The notes: generated from the sequence alone by a model not told the origin. DNA of 64,000 bases from Octopus sinensis (GCF_006345805.1 NC_043007.1:66650001-66714000), one strand, 5' to 3'; counted from the first letter of the stretch, positions 25,996 through 40,820 are shown. Program-made: numbers and translations.

Positions 25996-27384
25996 AGTGT
26001 TTCCTTTCATGCATCCACATTTTCATTCTCGTTCTTTTTTGCTTTTTTTTTTATTCAATCATTTTCATATTCAATCAGTCATTTATTTATTCCTGCTTTC
26101 AGGCTTTCTTTACATTTGTATATTATATCTTCTTCCTTTTAGCTCGGTTTCGACAATATTCCCACCGCTTTCTATTATTTTCCTCTTTGTATACATACAT
26201 ACATACATACATACATACATACATACATACATACATGCAAACTTACACACATACACATGTGAATGTGTATGTATGTGTGTATGTATGTGTGTATGCATGT
26301 ATTTGTGTATGTATATATAGGTGTACTATGTGTGTGTGTGTGTGTGAATGTATGTGTGTATCCGCTTAAAGTACATACATGTACGCGTATACAAGTGTAC
26401 GTGTATTTCTACACGTATATAAACACACATAAATATCTGTGTATATGTGTGCTCGCGTGTGTGTGTATGAGTGTTTGTCTGTCTGTATGCACATATATAT
26501 ATATGTAGATGTATGTGTATACATATATCTACATCCATATAGGAATGTATGTATGCATGTATGCATGTATACATGTATGTAGTCCTTCATATATGCGTGC
26601 AGTGCGTATGTATTTACAGACATGCTTGTGAGTCTTTGTGTGTGTGTGTGTGCGTGTGTGTAAATTTCCAAAGATTTTTGTTTTTTGGAGGCTTTTTTGT
26701 TTTTTTTTTCTTTTTGTTTTTTCTTTTTTCATGTGCACCTTTCTTTCTCTCGTCCTTATACTCATGGGAGGACAGAAGCAGAAGAGAACAACGACAGATT
26801 GTGTGAAGCAGAAACACACACATACACAGAAACCCCAGATGAATGCAGACAGAAAAGAGAATAGGGGAGACACAGAGCGGGGAAGGACGTAGAAAAAAAC
26901 GCACGTTAGGTAGATAAGGGGTTATATATAAATATGTATAAATATATATATGTGTGCACATGTGTGTGCGTGCGTGTGTGTGTGCCTGTCCGTTTATGTG
27001 TGTGTGTGTGTGTGTGCGTGCGTGTGTGTGTGTGTGTGTGTGCATGTGTGTGTGTGTGTGTGTAGCTTGGTATTATCAGGTTTCTAATAGCAACAGCGTG
27101 AGTCGTCTGTTAGAAAATGTTTGTAAAGGAGGACAACACCTGTTCACCTAATTGCGAACGCACACACAGACGCACTGACACATGCATAAACACACACACA
27201 CACACACACACAGATGCCCAAACCCTATTAATACACACAAGCGCTCACACATACATAAATATATTTTTATATGCGTGTGCGAATGTGCTCGTTCTAAGTA
27301 TGTAGATATTTGCATGTGGAAGTATATATATGGCTGCACGTGTACAATTATATACAAAAATATGTACGTATAATGATGATCATA

Positions 27385-27960
27385 ATTCTTTCTGCTATAG
27401 GCACAAGGCCTGACATTTTTCGGGAACTGGTGCTTAATTTATTGACTCCAAAAGGATGAAAGTCAAAATCGATCTCGGCAGAATTTGAACTCAGAACGTA
27501 AAGACGGGCGAAATGCCACTAATCGTTTTACCCGGTGTGCTAACGATTCTTATTTCTTTATTGCCCACAAGGGGCTAAATATAGACGAGACAAACAAGGA
27601 CAGACAAAAGGATTAAGTCGATTGCATAGACCTCAGTGCGTAACTGGTACTTAATTTATCGACCCCGAAAGGATGAAAGGCAACGTCGACCTCAGCGGAA
27701 TTTGAACTCAGAACGTAATGACGGACGAAATGTCACTAAGCTTTTTGTCCGGTGTGCTAATGATTCTGCCAGCTCGCCACCTTATATTTCATACATACTT
27801 ATTCTTTTTTCTATAGGTACAAGGACTGAAATTTGGGAGTAGGAGTTAGGGTTGACAATTAGTCGACGACATGGACCCACTGTTCAACTAGTACTTATTT
27901 CTTCGACGCCGAAAAGATGAAAGGCAAAGCCAACTTCTGCCTTTCATCCTTTTGGAGTCG
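27385..27960 (-). mobile_element. Composite SINE copies
   Basis: Same core as the 24330-25995 cluster. Confidence 0.8.
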
Positions 27961-27966
27961 AAATAT

Positions 27967-28010
<44 letters not shown>

Positions 28011-28014
28011 ACTA

Positions 28015-28052
<38 letters not shown>

Positions 28053-28789
28053 CCTAATAATATACATACAGTAAACTGGACATCTCAAAGAATTAAATAA
28101 AAGATAAATCTGAAATATTCGTCTGATGAAGACATAGCAAATATTTCGAATCGCATTATACTTTATTGTTCATCTTCATGTATGAGTGTATGCTGAGGTA
28201 TGTAAAAATGTACCGATAATATTTTTATTTAATAAGCGCAGACGCAAACGAAAATTGATCATATGTTGTTATAAAGAATATTTGAATAAAACCACCATTT
28301 GAGAGAAAACCTTCATTCGAGTTACATCCACCGAAATGTTCTGTTTAAGAAGAAGCTTAGTATGAGGTCATGGAAAAGTAGTAATATCTATTTATTATAA
28401 TTATGTATATTTATGCGCATGTATGGTGTGATAGATGTGCATGTAAGCTTACATGTACATTTGTAATCGTGTATAGATGCGTGCGCATACATGAGATAGA
28501 AGAGGGCGAGAGATGAGTAAAGATGAAAGGCTCATACACATAAAACAAGAAATATTGAGTATGTGTTATTGTTGCTGGTTAACCTCAGATCAGCAAATCT
28601 ATTAACAAAGGCACTGCGTTTTTCCGTTGCATTCACTGCGGAGTATTCCGTTTTAATTTGCAAAGCCTTTCTCTCTCTATTTCAATGTTTTCATTTCAAG
28701 TTTTAATTCCCTACTTGGAAAACCCAGTTTATTTTATATACATAATGTAAAAAGATTATTTATTGAATGAAATTTTTTTAATATACTGG

Positions 28790-30130
28790 TATAATTTTTG
28801 TAAAAAAAAAAATTAATAAGTTATTTTATTGTTATGGCTGTTTCGAACGCTACAAGCCCTACTATAATAACTATCCGGACCGATTTTGGCCTTCTTTTCT
28901 AATTAAAAAGCCATGGGAGGAGCATTTTCGTTAAAAAAAATTGGTATATATTTTCAGAGGAAAAGGTTAACAATTCAAGGCAGGTTTAGCTATTGTTTCC
29001 AGCACAACCCAAACCACCCTCTGTTTACAATGTTTTTTCCATATTTTTCTCGCATTAAACACATTTTATAGACTGATGATACCGAAGTAAAACGCGTGGT
29101 CCATTGGTGGAATGTAAGCAAGAAAAAAACTTGCAATCTAAATTTTTATTCTCACCTCGATCAAACGAAGACGTGTGTGCGCGTGCGTAAAAGACATTTT
29201 CTAACAAAAAAGTATACTATTAAAATGAATTATAACTCTTTCTTTACATCACTGTAGATAAATGCCAGCAATGACCTTCTCAGGTTCTCCAGTATTTTAA
29301 TTTATAAACAGAAACAATCAGGGGTAAGGCAAAAAATTCATAATTTTTCAAATTTTTTTCTCTTTAGCATACAACTGTATTTAAGGGGAGAAAATGTTGA
29401 AAAACATCAATACATGCGGGAGTGAGAAAGAAACGAGGAGGGTTGTCTTTGGATGTGCTAGAAACATCAGCCAAATCTCCCTTAAATCACTCACTTTCCC
29501 TCTGAAAATATTAACATTTTTTACCGAAAAGGCTCCTCCCATGGTTTTGAAGTGCAACATTATTGGCCAAAATAGGTCCGGAAAGGTATGATGAGGGAGG
29601 GGGAGTTGTAAAAAATTTTCAAAACATTTTCTCATACAAAGATGACCCCAACTCCCACTTCATCATTTCGAATACTGGTCTTTAAAAAGTGGGGAAAATC
29701 CCCGTCAAAACAGAGTAGTTCTAATTTATTTGATCTTCCTGATCTGAAACTCCTCTCCCCACCTACTCGGAAAAAAAATTTGTACACAAATTTCTTTATA
29801 ATCGTAATCTATGCCGTTTGAAAGGTATTTGTATGAACTTTCATTAACAGATACCCATTTTCTTGAACCGTTATGGGGGGAAAAAGTCAGATCATTTGAA
29901 TTTTCCGAAACTTTTCTTTCCACCCCCTAGGAAAAATTCTTAACTATAAATCCCTATATACTCTGAAGCCACAACATCTAGGTGATACCACAACATCTAG
30001 GTGGTATTTGTAAAAAAAATCGTTAAAAAGTATCCATATTTCTGGATGTTATGAGACACAGAGTCGAGGTGTGTACTTCAGTTATGCCCTTTTATTTATA
30101 CAATTTTTTCATTTCATGTTTATTTCATTC
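28790..30130. mobile_element. Old Penelope-like remnant with diverged inverted repeat (28872-29065 / 29370-29583)
   Basis: ccggacc.attttggcc...ccatgggaggagc.ttttcg.taaaaaa occurs in opposite orientations; hammerhead-like motif at 29066-29102. Confidence 0.45.
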
Positions 30131-30404
30131 ATTGTTTGCAATGTTCTCTCCCCCATCCATGTCATACACACACACACAACACAGCGTACAGATAGGCTGT
30201 TGACTGGAAATCTCTATCTTGCTTTGATAGGAAGGTAAAACTTCACAAACTGCTCTTCCCCTCCATATTTGGACTACCTTGATGCTTGTTTTAAAAAAAA
30301 AGAGATTATGACTGGGATGTAATAATGAAAGCAATGTTTACTAAGCAGGTGAGCACTATTATACAAAGAAATAATTAGACGTATCATTAAAATTATTAGA
30401 ATTG

Positions 30405-30825
<421 letters not shown>

Positions 30826-31289
30826 AGCAGAAGAAAAAGGCGAAGAAGAAGAAGAAGAAGAAGAAGAAGAAGAGAAGAAGAAGAAGAAGAAGAAGAATGA
30901 TGATAATGATGATGGGGGGGGTCTTCGTCATCGTTGTCGTTGTCGTTGTGGTCGTGGTCGTCGTCATGGTATTGATGATGATGATGATGATTATGATGGT
31001 GGTGGTGGTGGTAGGGTATTCTTCGAAGATGACATATGAGCTTTCAGCTTTTGCCGGACTAACTCCACAAATGATTTGTTTATAATGATCCAATCGTTTA
31101 TAGTGCCGCACACTAATTCACTCTCTCTCCATCAAATCGACGTTGTCTGAACAGGTGCACTGTACGCAACACGTCAGGTATCGAAGTAATCACACAGCAA
31201 CGTGAGACGAAGTGTTTTGCTCAAGGACACTACGCACCACCCGGTCTAGGAATCGAAATCACGATCGCTAGGTGAATGCGCCCTAATGA

Positions 31290-31324
<35 letters not shown>

Positions 31325-31361
31325 ATATAGAAAAATAGAATAGCAAGTCGGATATAGTCTT

Positions 31362-31735
31362 AATTGAGAAAGAAAATCTATTCTGGATCATAGATATAGC
31401 ATGCCCAGCTGACAACAAGCTATGCGATAAGGAAGAAAGAAAAGTTGAGAGATATTACAGGTTAGCTTGGGAAGTTAAGCAGTTGTGGTCGATGAAAAAG
31501 GTAGCAGTAGTACCAATAATTGTCGGAGCCCTGGGGACAGTGAGCAAAAAATCTCGAGAAGTACGTGGAACAAATATGGGCTGCAATAAGAGTGGAGCAC
31601 TTGCAGAAAACAGCACTGCTTGAATACTACGGAAGGTGCTCGAAAAATAAGGTGTTACCTTAGTTCACTGGTAGTGAACAGCTGATACTGTAGTACATCT
31701 CCAGCGTTAGAAGTTGTGCAAAGGCAATAATAATA
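31362..31735 (+). mobile_element. R4/Dong-like 3' end with (TAA) tail
   Basis: WIIDIACPADNKLCDKEERKVERYYRLAWEVKQLWSMKKVAVVPIIVGALGTVSK. Confidence 0.85.
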
Positions 31736-31748
31736 ATGATAATAATAA

Positions 31749-31783
<35 letters not shown>

Positions 31784-31974
31784 ATAAAAATGATATGGCT
31801 ACAAGGGCCCAAGATATGAGGAACACAATCGGAGAACGAGTTGCAACACAAAAAGTACAACAAAGCAAAAATTACAAAAACATGTGGGGTTAACAGCCAT
31901 CAAGGAGAGATACTACGACATTAAAGGATATAACGGAGGATATATAATAGAAAGTAGAGAGATAGATCATAAAT

Positions 31975-32380
31975 TAATAGAATTCCTAACAGCGGGGAAG
32001 TCCACTTAGGGTAATCCGGCGTAAACCTTACACAAAAATCCTACATTACTCTGCCATCGCCAAGGCTTGTGGAAGTGCCCTCTTCCAGTTTCTTTCCTCC
32101 TGTTTAGAAAAGCATATTCAGGGTAGAACCATTTAGTCCCACCAGCCGTGCCACTGGTGACCACCGTTTGATAACCACACTAGAAGGCAGCACTTCCCTC
32201 TCTGCCCTCACTTTCTTCTTCAAATGATATTTGGCCAGATAGGAAAGAGCCTGTCTTCAAACCTTTCAGACGGGTCCACCACACCAACCTCTTTTGCCAC
32301 AGCCAATAAGCAGAGAAAGATCTGTCTGTTTTTCAGCTAAGAGAAGGTGGTGTGTCGATCTTCCCTATACACTCGGTATA
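31975..32380 (-). mobile_element. Tx1/L1-like LINE 3' end
   Basis: Reverse strand reads LCLLAVAKEVGVVD/VWWTRLKGLKTGSFLSG..YHLKKKVRAEREVLPSS..KRWSPVARLV. Confidence 0.55.
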
Positions 32381-32383
32381 CAG

Positions 32384-32462
<79 letters not shown>

Positions 32463-32923
32463 GATGGGCTACAGCAAATATTCTGCTCAATACCACAGAT
32501 TTGCTTGTCAGTTGTTTGACCATAACCAGTTGAGCATGTCCCTTAGTGGCTGACGATATGTACATCTCTGATCACGAGCAGAAGTGGTGGGGGAGCATCA
32601 TAGCCATGTGTTGAGAGGGATTCTTTGGGGTTTGAATAGTTCACCTCTGGAAACATGGGTGGTTCTTTCAACATCCTTAAACAACCCTTATTCAGGGACC
32701 GTTTGAGCGGGATGGGCTACTCAACCTGAAGAAATTTCTAACTGGGCCCCACCTGCAAGGTCATGTGCTGTTTATCTTGATATGAGATCACCATGTCGCG
32801 CACATATGGTTGTGATGCATGTGCCTGGTGTACCTTTATCAGACGGGTAGTCATGATGGGTATATTGGGCTTCATATATTTTACCCCAGTGTCACTTTGA
32901 TGGCATGCACTGCTCTCTCACTC
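32463..32923 (+). mobile_element. Young non-coding retroposon 3' segment embedded in (TAA)n
   Basis: Nearly identical to part of 36519-37064; (TAA)n on both sides. Confidence 0.8.
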
Positions 32924-32969
32924 AATAATAATAATAATAATAATAATAATTATTATAATAATAATAATA

Positions 32970-33011
<42 letters not shown>

Positions 33012-33043
33012 TAATAATAATAATAATAATAGTAATAGTAGTA

Positions 33044-33108
<65 letters not shown>

Positions 33109-33791
33109 TTCTGTTTTCGGCAGAAATTACATATCCAAAGGGAACAGAGATCCAGTGTTTGTCTTAAATTACTGCAGTCGATAGAAGGTACCCATTCAGT
33201 AACTGGTTCTACTGGAGACTTCAAAGAACTTGACAGGGATATATCGAACAAACAATTATACAAAGGATATCGATCTCCATAGTCAGACTAACAAAGTAAA
33301 AAAAAACTTAAACATCAAAGAGTTCGCACAAATGCCCCCACCTCGCTTGGTAAACAGAGCTAGGCTAAAAAAGAATTTCTTTGTTTAAACGTCAGTAATG
33401 GCGGTTTTCATAGCTTATATCACGCGCTTATTGAACAGCAACAATAACAACAACAACAACAATAACAATTATAATGATTATTTCTAATAAGTAAGACCGT
33501 TGACAACTCTCACAAGCAAAGCTTTTCTTTATACTGGAACTGCAAAATCAAAAACAAAGGTATCTACTTTTATCGTATGAGCTTTAGCTGTGATTTGGAA
33601 AAGCCCTATGTCTGTGGGTGAGGGGGGAATTGGTAAGGTACGTTCATGATAGATGTGTCGCAAGAAAATCATCAAAACCCAGATTTGAGTGACATGACGG
33701 CAGTTATAGTTATATCAATAGCAATAAAAATAATCTTTAACAAAGGCGCAAGGTACCTTACTCGAGACTCTAATCGGTCATGCCGACTCTC

Positions 33792-33843
<52 letters not shown>

Positions 33844-33970
33844 CACCACCACTTCTACCACTACCTTTCATCCTTTCGGGGTCGATAAAATAAGTTCCAG
33901 TTGAATACTAGAGTAATCGACGTAATCGACTTACACCCACCCCCAAAATTGCTGGCCTTGTGCCTAAAAG

Positions 33971-34004
<34 letters not shown>

Positions 34005-34006
<2 letters not shown>

Positions 34007-34740
34007 GCTTGATGAAAACTCACTGCCTATTTTGCTAGGTATGATGGAAAGTGCAAGAAGCCAGCAGACTAAGATGACACTTGTTTATTAGTCATGCTTC
34101 AAGAACCCTACGAAGAATTCTTCCAGTTCCAAGCAATGCTGATTTCTGTTGGTGTTCTACCTTTAAATTTCTACCAATCTTTTCCAGCCTTGTTGGTAGT
34201 TGAATGCTGATACTTCAAAGTGCGCCAATTACTATTGGTATCACGTCTACTCTCCTCATTAAACACAAATTTCGTATTTCCCACTTCAAATCGTCGTAGT
34301 TGTTCAGCATTCTTCTTACTTTTTGATCCTGTTGTCGCCATGCATGTTCTTTCTTTTGTTTTTCTTTTTTCACCATAACAATGTCCGGTTTCCGATGTTT
34401 GGTAAGCTGATCGCATTGAATCATCGCATCCCACGGGATTTTTCAATTCTCGTTCTCAGAGACTCCTTCTGAGATTTGCTCATAACATGTCCTTGCTCTT
34501 TGTAGGCCGTGATTTCCACAGAGCTCCCAATGGATCATTCTTGCCACATTGTCATATTGTCTTCTGTATTCGCGTTGTGCCAATTTCATACATTCGCTAA
34601 CGATGTGCCATATCGTTTCATCCCACTCACCATATATTCTGCATTTGTGGTTGTCAGTAGTGTTGTTGATTCTGCAAACGACATAGGTCAGAAGATGTGA
34701 GATGCATCTCATAAACCTAGGCTACGTAGGAGATTTTGGA
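34005..34740 (-). mobile_element. R4/Dong-like 3' end (CCHC knuckle plus endonuclease) with (TAA)n tail
   Basis: CRIYGEWDETIWHIVSECMKLAQREY...DNVARMIHW; IQCDQLTKHRKPDIVMV; VDVIPIVIGAL. Confidence 0.85.
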
Positions 34741-35129
34741 TTTCACCCTTATACTCGTCTATATGTGCCGATTAGTGATGAAAGTAATGATGTGCAATCT
34801 GCCAACTGAAACAGAAATCTGTTGTTTGGCGGTAGGGGTTGTAATGGAAGATCACGCTTTGAACTTATCGTGAAGAGATTCCGTCAAGAAAACCGATGAA
34901 GAATCGACCTAGAAATCGTAGTCCAGATCCGGCCAGCAGAGAAACAAAACCAGATCAAAAAGACCTGTAAAACTCCACCCAAATAAGGTTATGGCTGGAG
35001 GTAAAAGACCCAGGTTTCAAATATGTGGTAGCTGCAACAATCTGAAGGCTTCCCGCATACAACAGAAGCCAAGAAAACATGAACCCACACTACAGTTACA
35101 ACACTAACATTGACAGAAACAGTAGCAAC

Positions 35130-35535
35130 AACAGAAATAAGAACAGGGTTTTACCACATCGATTAGAACACGGATGTAGCCGTCTGTGTTCAGTTTGAGG
35201 CCTCAGATTTCTTGAAGGGGTGGCATGACGTCATCTTCACTGCTGACGACACTAAAAAACTATGATTGCTCCTAGAGATTTCATCTGTATTACTTTGGGT
35301 ACGGCCTTGGGTGAGACAACGAGCAACCTGTTGTTCTGAGAGTTGATCTTCTAGTCTTGACAAAAGTTCTTCTCATCGGAGAGCCACAACTTGTCTGGCT
35401 CCAAAAAGTGTTTCAACTTATTGATCAGCTTCTTCGTGTGATTGAGTCACTTTTCCTGCATGGCCTTGAACAGAAATGGCCCCTTCCTCATCTTGTCTGA
35501 AGAGTAGAGAAAGTCCTCATGCGCCAGCAGTTGTT
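35130..35535 (-). mobile_element. Tc1/maT-like transposase internal fragment
   Basis: HEDFLYSSDKMRKG.FL...KLINKLKH.LEP..LW.SDEKNFCQD*KINSQNNRLL..SPKAVPKV...DVMPP. Confidence 0.7.
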
Positions 35536-35637
35536 GCTTACTTTGATTTTATTCACCTTACTTCGAGCTGTGCGGATAATACCGGACTAACTTAGTGCTT
35601 CAACTTACCTAATTCAACTGAATCTCAATATCTTCTC

Positions 35638-35708
<71 letters not shown>

Positions 35709-35710
35709 AT

Positions 35711-35748
<38 letters not shown>

Positions 35749-35786
35749 GGATAGAAAGAAAGAAAGAAAGATATAGATATGTATGT

Positions 35787-35825
<39 letters not shown>

Positions 35826-35842
35826 CATACATACAACATACA

Positions 35843-35878
<36 letters not shown>

Positions 35879-35891
35879 TGTATATACATAC

Positions 35892-35946
<55 letters not shown>

Positions 35947-35994
35947 CATATACATATATTTATATATGATGTGTGTATGTACTTGTGTTTATAT

Positions 35995-36180
35995 CTCTCT
36001 AGCACCACTGCTTGAATACCGATGCTGGTTTGTTTACGTCTACGTCCGTCATTTACCGCTTCTGCAAAAGAGAACCGTAGAATAAGTAGCAAGCTTTCAA
36101 CAACAAGTACTGATGGCGATTCGATCGGCTAAAAACCTTCAAAGCGGTGCCCTGTTATGGCCCAAGTTTAATGACTGCAA
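35995..36180 (+). mobile_element. SINE-like repeat
   Basis: gcttgaataccgatgctggt...gtttacgtc...gaataagt family. Confidence 0.6.
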
Positions 36181-36267
36181 CATATACTATGTGCATATAC
36201 TATACATACATAGTATCGCGTTACCCAATTTTGTCTTGTCATCCAGCTCCAAGGCTTTTTTGTATAT

Positions 36268-36352
<85 letters not shown>

Positions 36353-36518
36353 TAATAATAATAATCATAATAATAATCATAATAATAATAATAATGACCA
36401 ATGTATACTATGAGTTTCTTTGCCCTAGGAGTCGGGAAGACACTCGGCAAGAAATGATAGCAAATTTGAAAGAAGAAGAAAAAAAAGTAATAATAATAAT
36501 AATGATAATAATAATAAT

Positions 36519-37064
36519 GCAGTACCAGGCAGTGGCTCTCATGGCTTCTGATCTTAACTGATTGGAAGTGTTATCATGTACATTGTTTTGTCTTGGTATA
36601 AAAGATGGGCTACAGCAAATATTCTGCTCAATACCACAGATTTGCTTGTCAGTTGTTTGACCTTAACCAGTTGACCATGTCCCTTAGTGGCTGACGATAT
36701 GTGCATCTCTGATCACGAGCAGAAGTAGTGGGGGAGCATCATAGCCATGTGTTGAGAGGGATTCTTTGGGGTTTGAATATTTCACCTCTGGAAACATGGG
36801 TGGTTCTTTCAACATCCTTAAACAACCCTTATTCAGGGACCGTTTGAGCGGGATGGGCTACTCAACCTGAAGAAAATTCTAACTGGGCCCCACCTGCAAG
36901 GTCATGTGCTGTTTATCTTGATATGAGATCACCATGTCGCGCACATATGGTTGTGATGCATGTGCCTGGTGTACCTTTATCAGACGGGTAGTCATGATGG
37001 GTATATTGGGCTTCGTATATTTTACCCCAGTGTCACTTTGATGGCATGAACTGCTCTCTCACTC
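36519..37064 (+). mobile_element. Longer copy of the (TAA)-embedded retroposon 3' segment
   Basis: Extends the 32463-32923 copy by about 85 bp at the 5' end. Confidence 0.8.
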
Positions 37065-37465
37065 AATGATAATAATAATTGTTGCCTTCGTCTGGCCCTA
37101 AGCCTTTATTCTGTTTTCTGTTTTGTCTCTCGTCCGTCCACATAACGGTCTCGTTTTGTCGAGCCCATCTCGTTTTGTTATGTTTTGGTCCCATTCCCGC
37201 GAAGTTCCTTGTCGTTTCCTCCAGAGTGGAAGCAATATTATCGATAGTGGCCGAAATTACGTTTGACCGTCTGGCCGTTAACTGATGCGGAGTTAGTGAA
37301 CCACTGTCTTTTCTGTTCGCCTGTGTATTTAGTATATATTCGTTTGTTTATTTACTACACGTTATCTAAAATTATATATAGGTATGTCATATTTTCCGTC
37401 GGTTGTCTGCATTTGATTTAATCCTGAAAAAAAAAAATATATATATTATATATGTGTGTGTGTGT

Positions 37466-37524
<59 letters not shown>

Positions 37525-37649
37525 TGCATGCATATATACATACGTATATGTACATACTTACATCTATACGTGCATATATATATATATATGCACGTATATA
37601 TATATACGTGCATATATATATATATATACGTGCATATATATATATGGAT

Positions 37650-37924
37650 CGCCTGTCTCCTGTCCGAGTTTTATATACCTGCATATATATACGTGCATAT
37701 ATATATATATGGATCGCCATGTTGATTCGTTAGCTACTGCACGCATTTTTTTTTCTCTCCTTCTTTCTGTGTTTTTTTCTCTCTGTGTATCTTTCTGTTG
37801 AAGAGCGTAGGCTCGAAACGTTAAAGACTTGTTTTATTTATATTTCCTGAGCGCCATACTAATACAATTGTTCGTTTGTTTTCCACCTGCCTTCGTCTTT
37901 TGTCTATTTTCATAAAGCTTCCCG

Positions 37925-38022
<98 letters not shown>

Positions 38023-38480
38023 TATATGTGCATATGTGGGCATAGGACGTCACGAAATGTGTACAACAAAAAATACAAAGTACGAGTACATGGAATATGA
38101 ACTATTTTTTCGAACAACGAAAGGCACAAATGGAAAACAAAACAACTCAAAAAACGACCCTTCATCAGTTGTTGGCTGTTTTTCTACTCTCGTATTTAAT
38201 AACAAGATACGCTTTCGCAAAACAAATTAAGTAGAATTTGAGATTTTGCGGAGGTTCAAAATTGGTAACACAAACAGGGCAGTGAAAACAAACAGTAAGG
38301 GCGGCTAAGCCTAAACGAGGTTGTGGTGGTGAACGCGTAAATAAAACTCGGACAGGAGACAGACAAGAACACGTCTTCCTTGGTCCAGCTACAACGGAGA
38401 GAAAGAAGGAAACACAAGTTAGGAGAAGAAAGATGGCCGATTGTCATGTGGGAGCCACGTGAGCAAGGGAGGAAGAGTGA
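37650..38480. mobile_element. Two Penelope-like terminal segments in inverted orientation around a (TA)n array
   Basis: tgtctcctgtccgagtttta at ~37655 and its reverse complement at ~38342; hammerhead motif at 37790-37827; ctgatgaaggg on the minus strand at ~38160. Confidence 0.5.
37790..37827 (+). ncRNA. Putative minimal type I hammerhead ribozyme with A6U core change
   Basis: TCTTT-CTGTTGA-A-GAGC gtag GCTC-GAAA-CGT-T-AAAGA. Confidence 0.5.
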
Positions 38481-39433
38481 GGGAGGGAGAGTGACAGACA
38501 GAGAACTGTGAAGGGGAGAGGAAAAAATTGGAGATAGGATAAGTGAGAAAAACAGGAGGAGGAGAAGGGGAAAAAGGAAGAAAGAAAAAAACGAAAGAGT
38601 AATATATGTATATATATTAGGGGTGGGGGTGAAACATAACCACTTTTAAGAAACCTTAATTCCAGTGTATGCACAGAGTTTAAAGTAGTATTTTAAATAA
38701 AATATATGAAAGTTAGGGTTATGTGACCCCACCCCGTGCCCCTTGCATACTCTCACACAAACACACGCACATATATTTAAATACCCTAATTTTCTATACT
38801 AATTATATAATCTCTAACACATATATACTAAATTGCTTAGAGATATGAAACATTTTATCATATTTCACAGTAGAAACCTTGTTTAAAATATCTGATAAGT
38901 AAATATAGCAAAAGAAAATTGAGATATAAGACAATTAGTAGGTAGGTACCCCTCCAACATGGTAAAATTACGACTTTTCAATATGTTAAATGAATTGTTT
39001 TTAGAAAATGTATACACTTATTAAATGACTTTCTTTAGTTTTTCAGATTATTTCAGAGCTAAATTATATTATAATTTTACAAAAATACTTACATAAATTT
39101 AAACTGTAATAATTTAAGTATATAAAATATAATGGCAACTAGAAGTTAAAGCCGTAATTCAACATTTGGATTTCCTACAGAATTTCCTACCCCACCAAGG
39201 GCTGGTGTATTCCGACATTATTTATACATAAGAAAACGTGAAGATTAGATATGAAGAATAGAACACAAAAGACAGAGACAGGTGACAGAACAACAAGCAG
39301 GTGTACAAATTTGAGTCTTGGGAAAAATAGTAGTTTGTCTTTGAAGTTTCGAGCTTATAGATATGTGTGCATGTATGTATGAATGTATGTATGTATGTAT
39401 GTATGTATGTATGTATGTATGTATGTATGTATG

Positions 39434-39477
<44 letters not shown>

Positions 39478-39489
39478 ATATACACACAA

Positions 39490-39845
39490 GCAAAACGCCA
39501 CCCACACGTTCAATAGACGGTGCTGAGTTGTCAAACATTTAAACCAAATTTTCTCAAAACAACTTGTGCGACCGTCCCATAGGCCTTACCTTTGAGAAAC
39601 ACTGATTTAACCTAAATTTGAGACACCAGAAACAGAAGAAATACAAATATACTTTTTTCTGTTTCAAAGAAAAACTATTTCCCACGGCGTTATCGATCGT
39701 TATCAATTTTTGTAAGTTTTTCAAGACTTATACACGCCCTTATACCGTCGGTATCTACATATCAAATTTGAGCGCAATCGGATGGAGGATTTCCGAGATC
39801 CTAGAAGCCACACACACACACACAGAACGGATTTTATATAAGATA
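39490..39845 (+). mobile_element. Helentron/HINE-like short element
   Basis: aaatttgagcgcaatcggatggagga...(CA)n...attttatataagat terminal pattern. Confidence 0.4.
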
Positions 39846-40820
39846 TATATATACATGCTACGAGCTTCTTTCAGTTTCCATCTACGAGGTTCACTCACAA
39901 GACTGTAGTCAGCCCTGAGCTATAGTAGATGGCATTTGCTCAAGGTGCCGCGGAGTTAGACTGAATGCGAAACCAGATGGCTTCGGGTTTAGTCTCACTG
40001 GGATGTAATCTTCTTAGCACACGGTCATACTACCACCTCTAACACATTCTCATGCCGGGAATCGAACCCTTGCTGCCCGGTAGAAAATCATGATTCCTAA
40101 CCACTGATACCACATCAAGACCGCAAAAACAGAAATTTATATAAAATAGAAGGTAAATTCTAGAACATCTCTAGACGTAAGTCTGTTTCATCAGGTTCTC
40201 ACCTATAGCTAAGCCTTATCAGCAACAACTGCATTCGTCATACGAAATTTTATCACCAGCGATAGTCTCGTCTCTATACTGATCAGGCACTTTCTTTTTA
40301 CGCTTACAAAAGAACTTCTTTAGAAAACCTCATATTTATTTCGATAATCACCTGCTTATTGTTAATTGTTGCTGTAGTCAACGCTGACTCTGTTTTACTG
40401 CCGCCTTTGTCTACCACATCATCATACCATTTATTCCAGAGTTATATTTTCTCATGCATTGGAGACAAACATTCTCACGGATAACTTCTTTTTTTCTTTT
40501 TTATTATAGCGAATGAGAACAAAGGCGAGAAACCTAAGTACTACTGCACGTAAGTTGTGTTCACTGGTACTAACAACAGATGGGCACACACACACACACA
40601 CCACACACACACACACCACACACACCACACACACACACACACTCACACACACATACTCTCCCAAACACACACTCACACACTTACACACTCACACATACGC
40701 ACACACGCGCGCGTACTGGTACACTCACACGCATTCACATATACAAACATATACATATATGCATACGTAGATAAACAGACAGACAGATAAACAAATAGAC
40801 AGACAGATACATAGATATTC

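Noticed and set aside
33100-33265. Minus-strand open frame SLKSPVEPVTEWVPSIDCSNLRQTLDLCSLWI
   Set aside because: No recognisable homology, a weak donor, and the frame runs into a TAA array.
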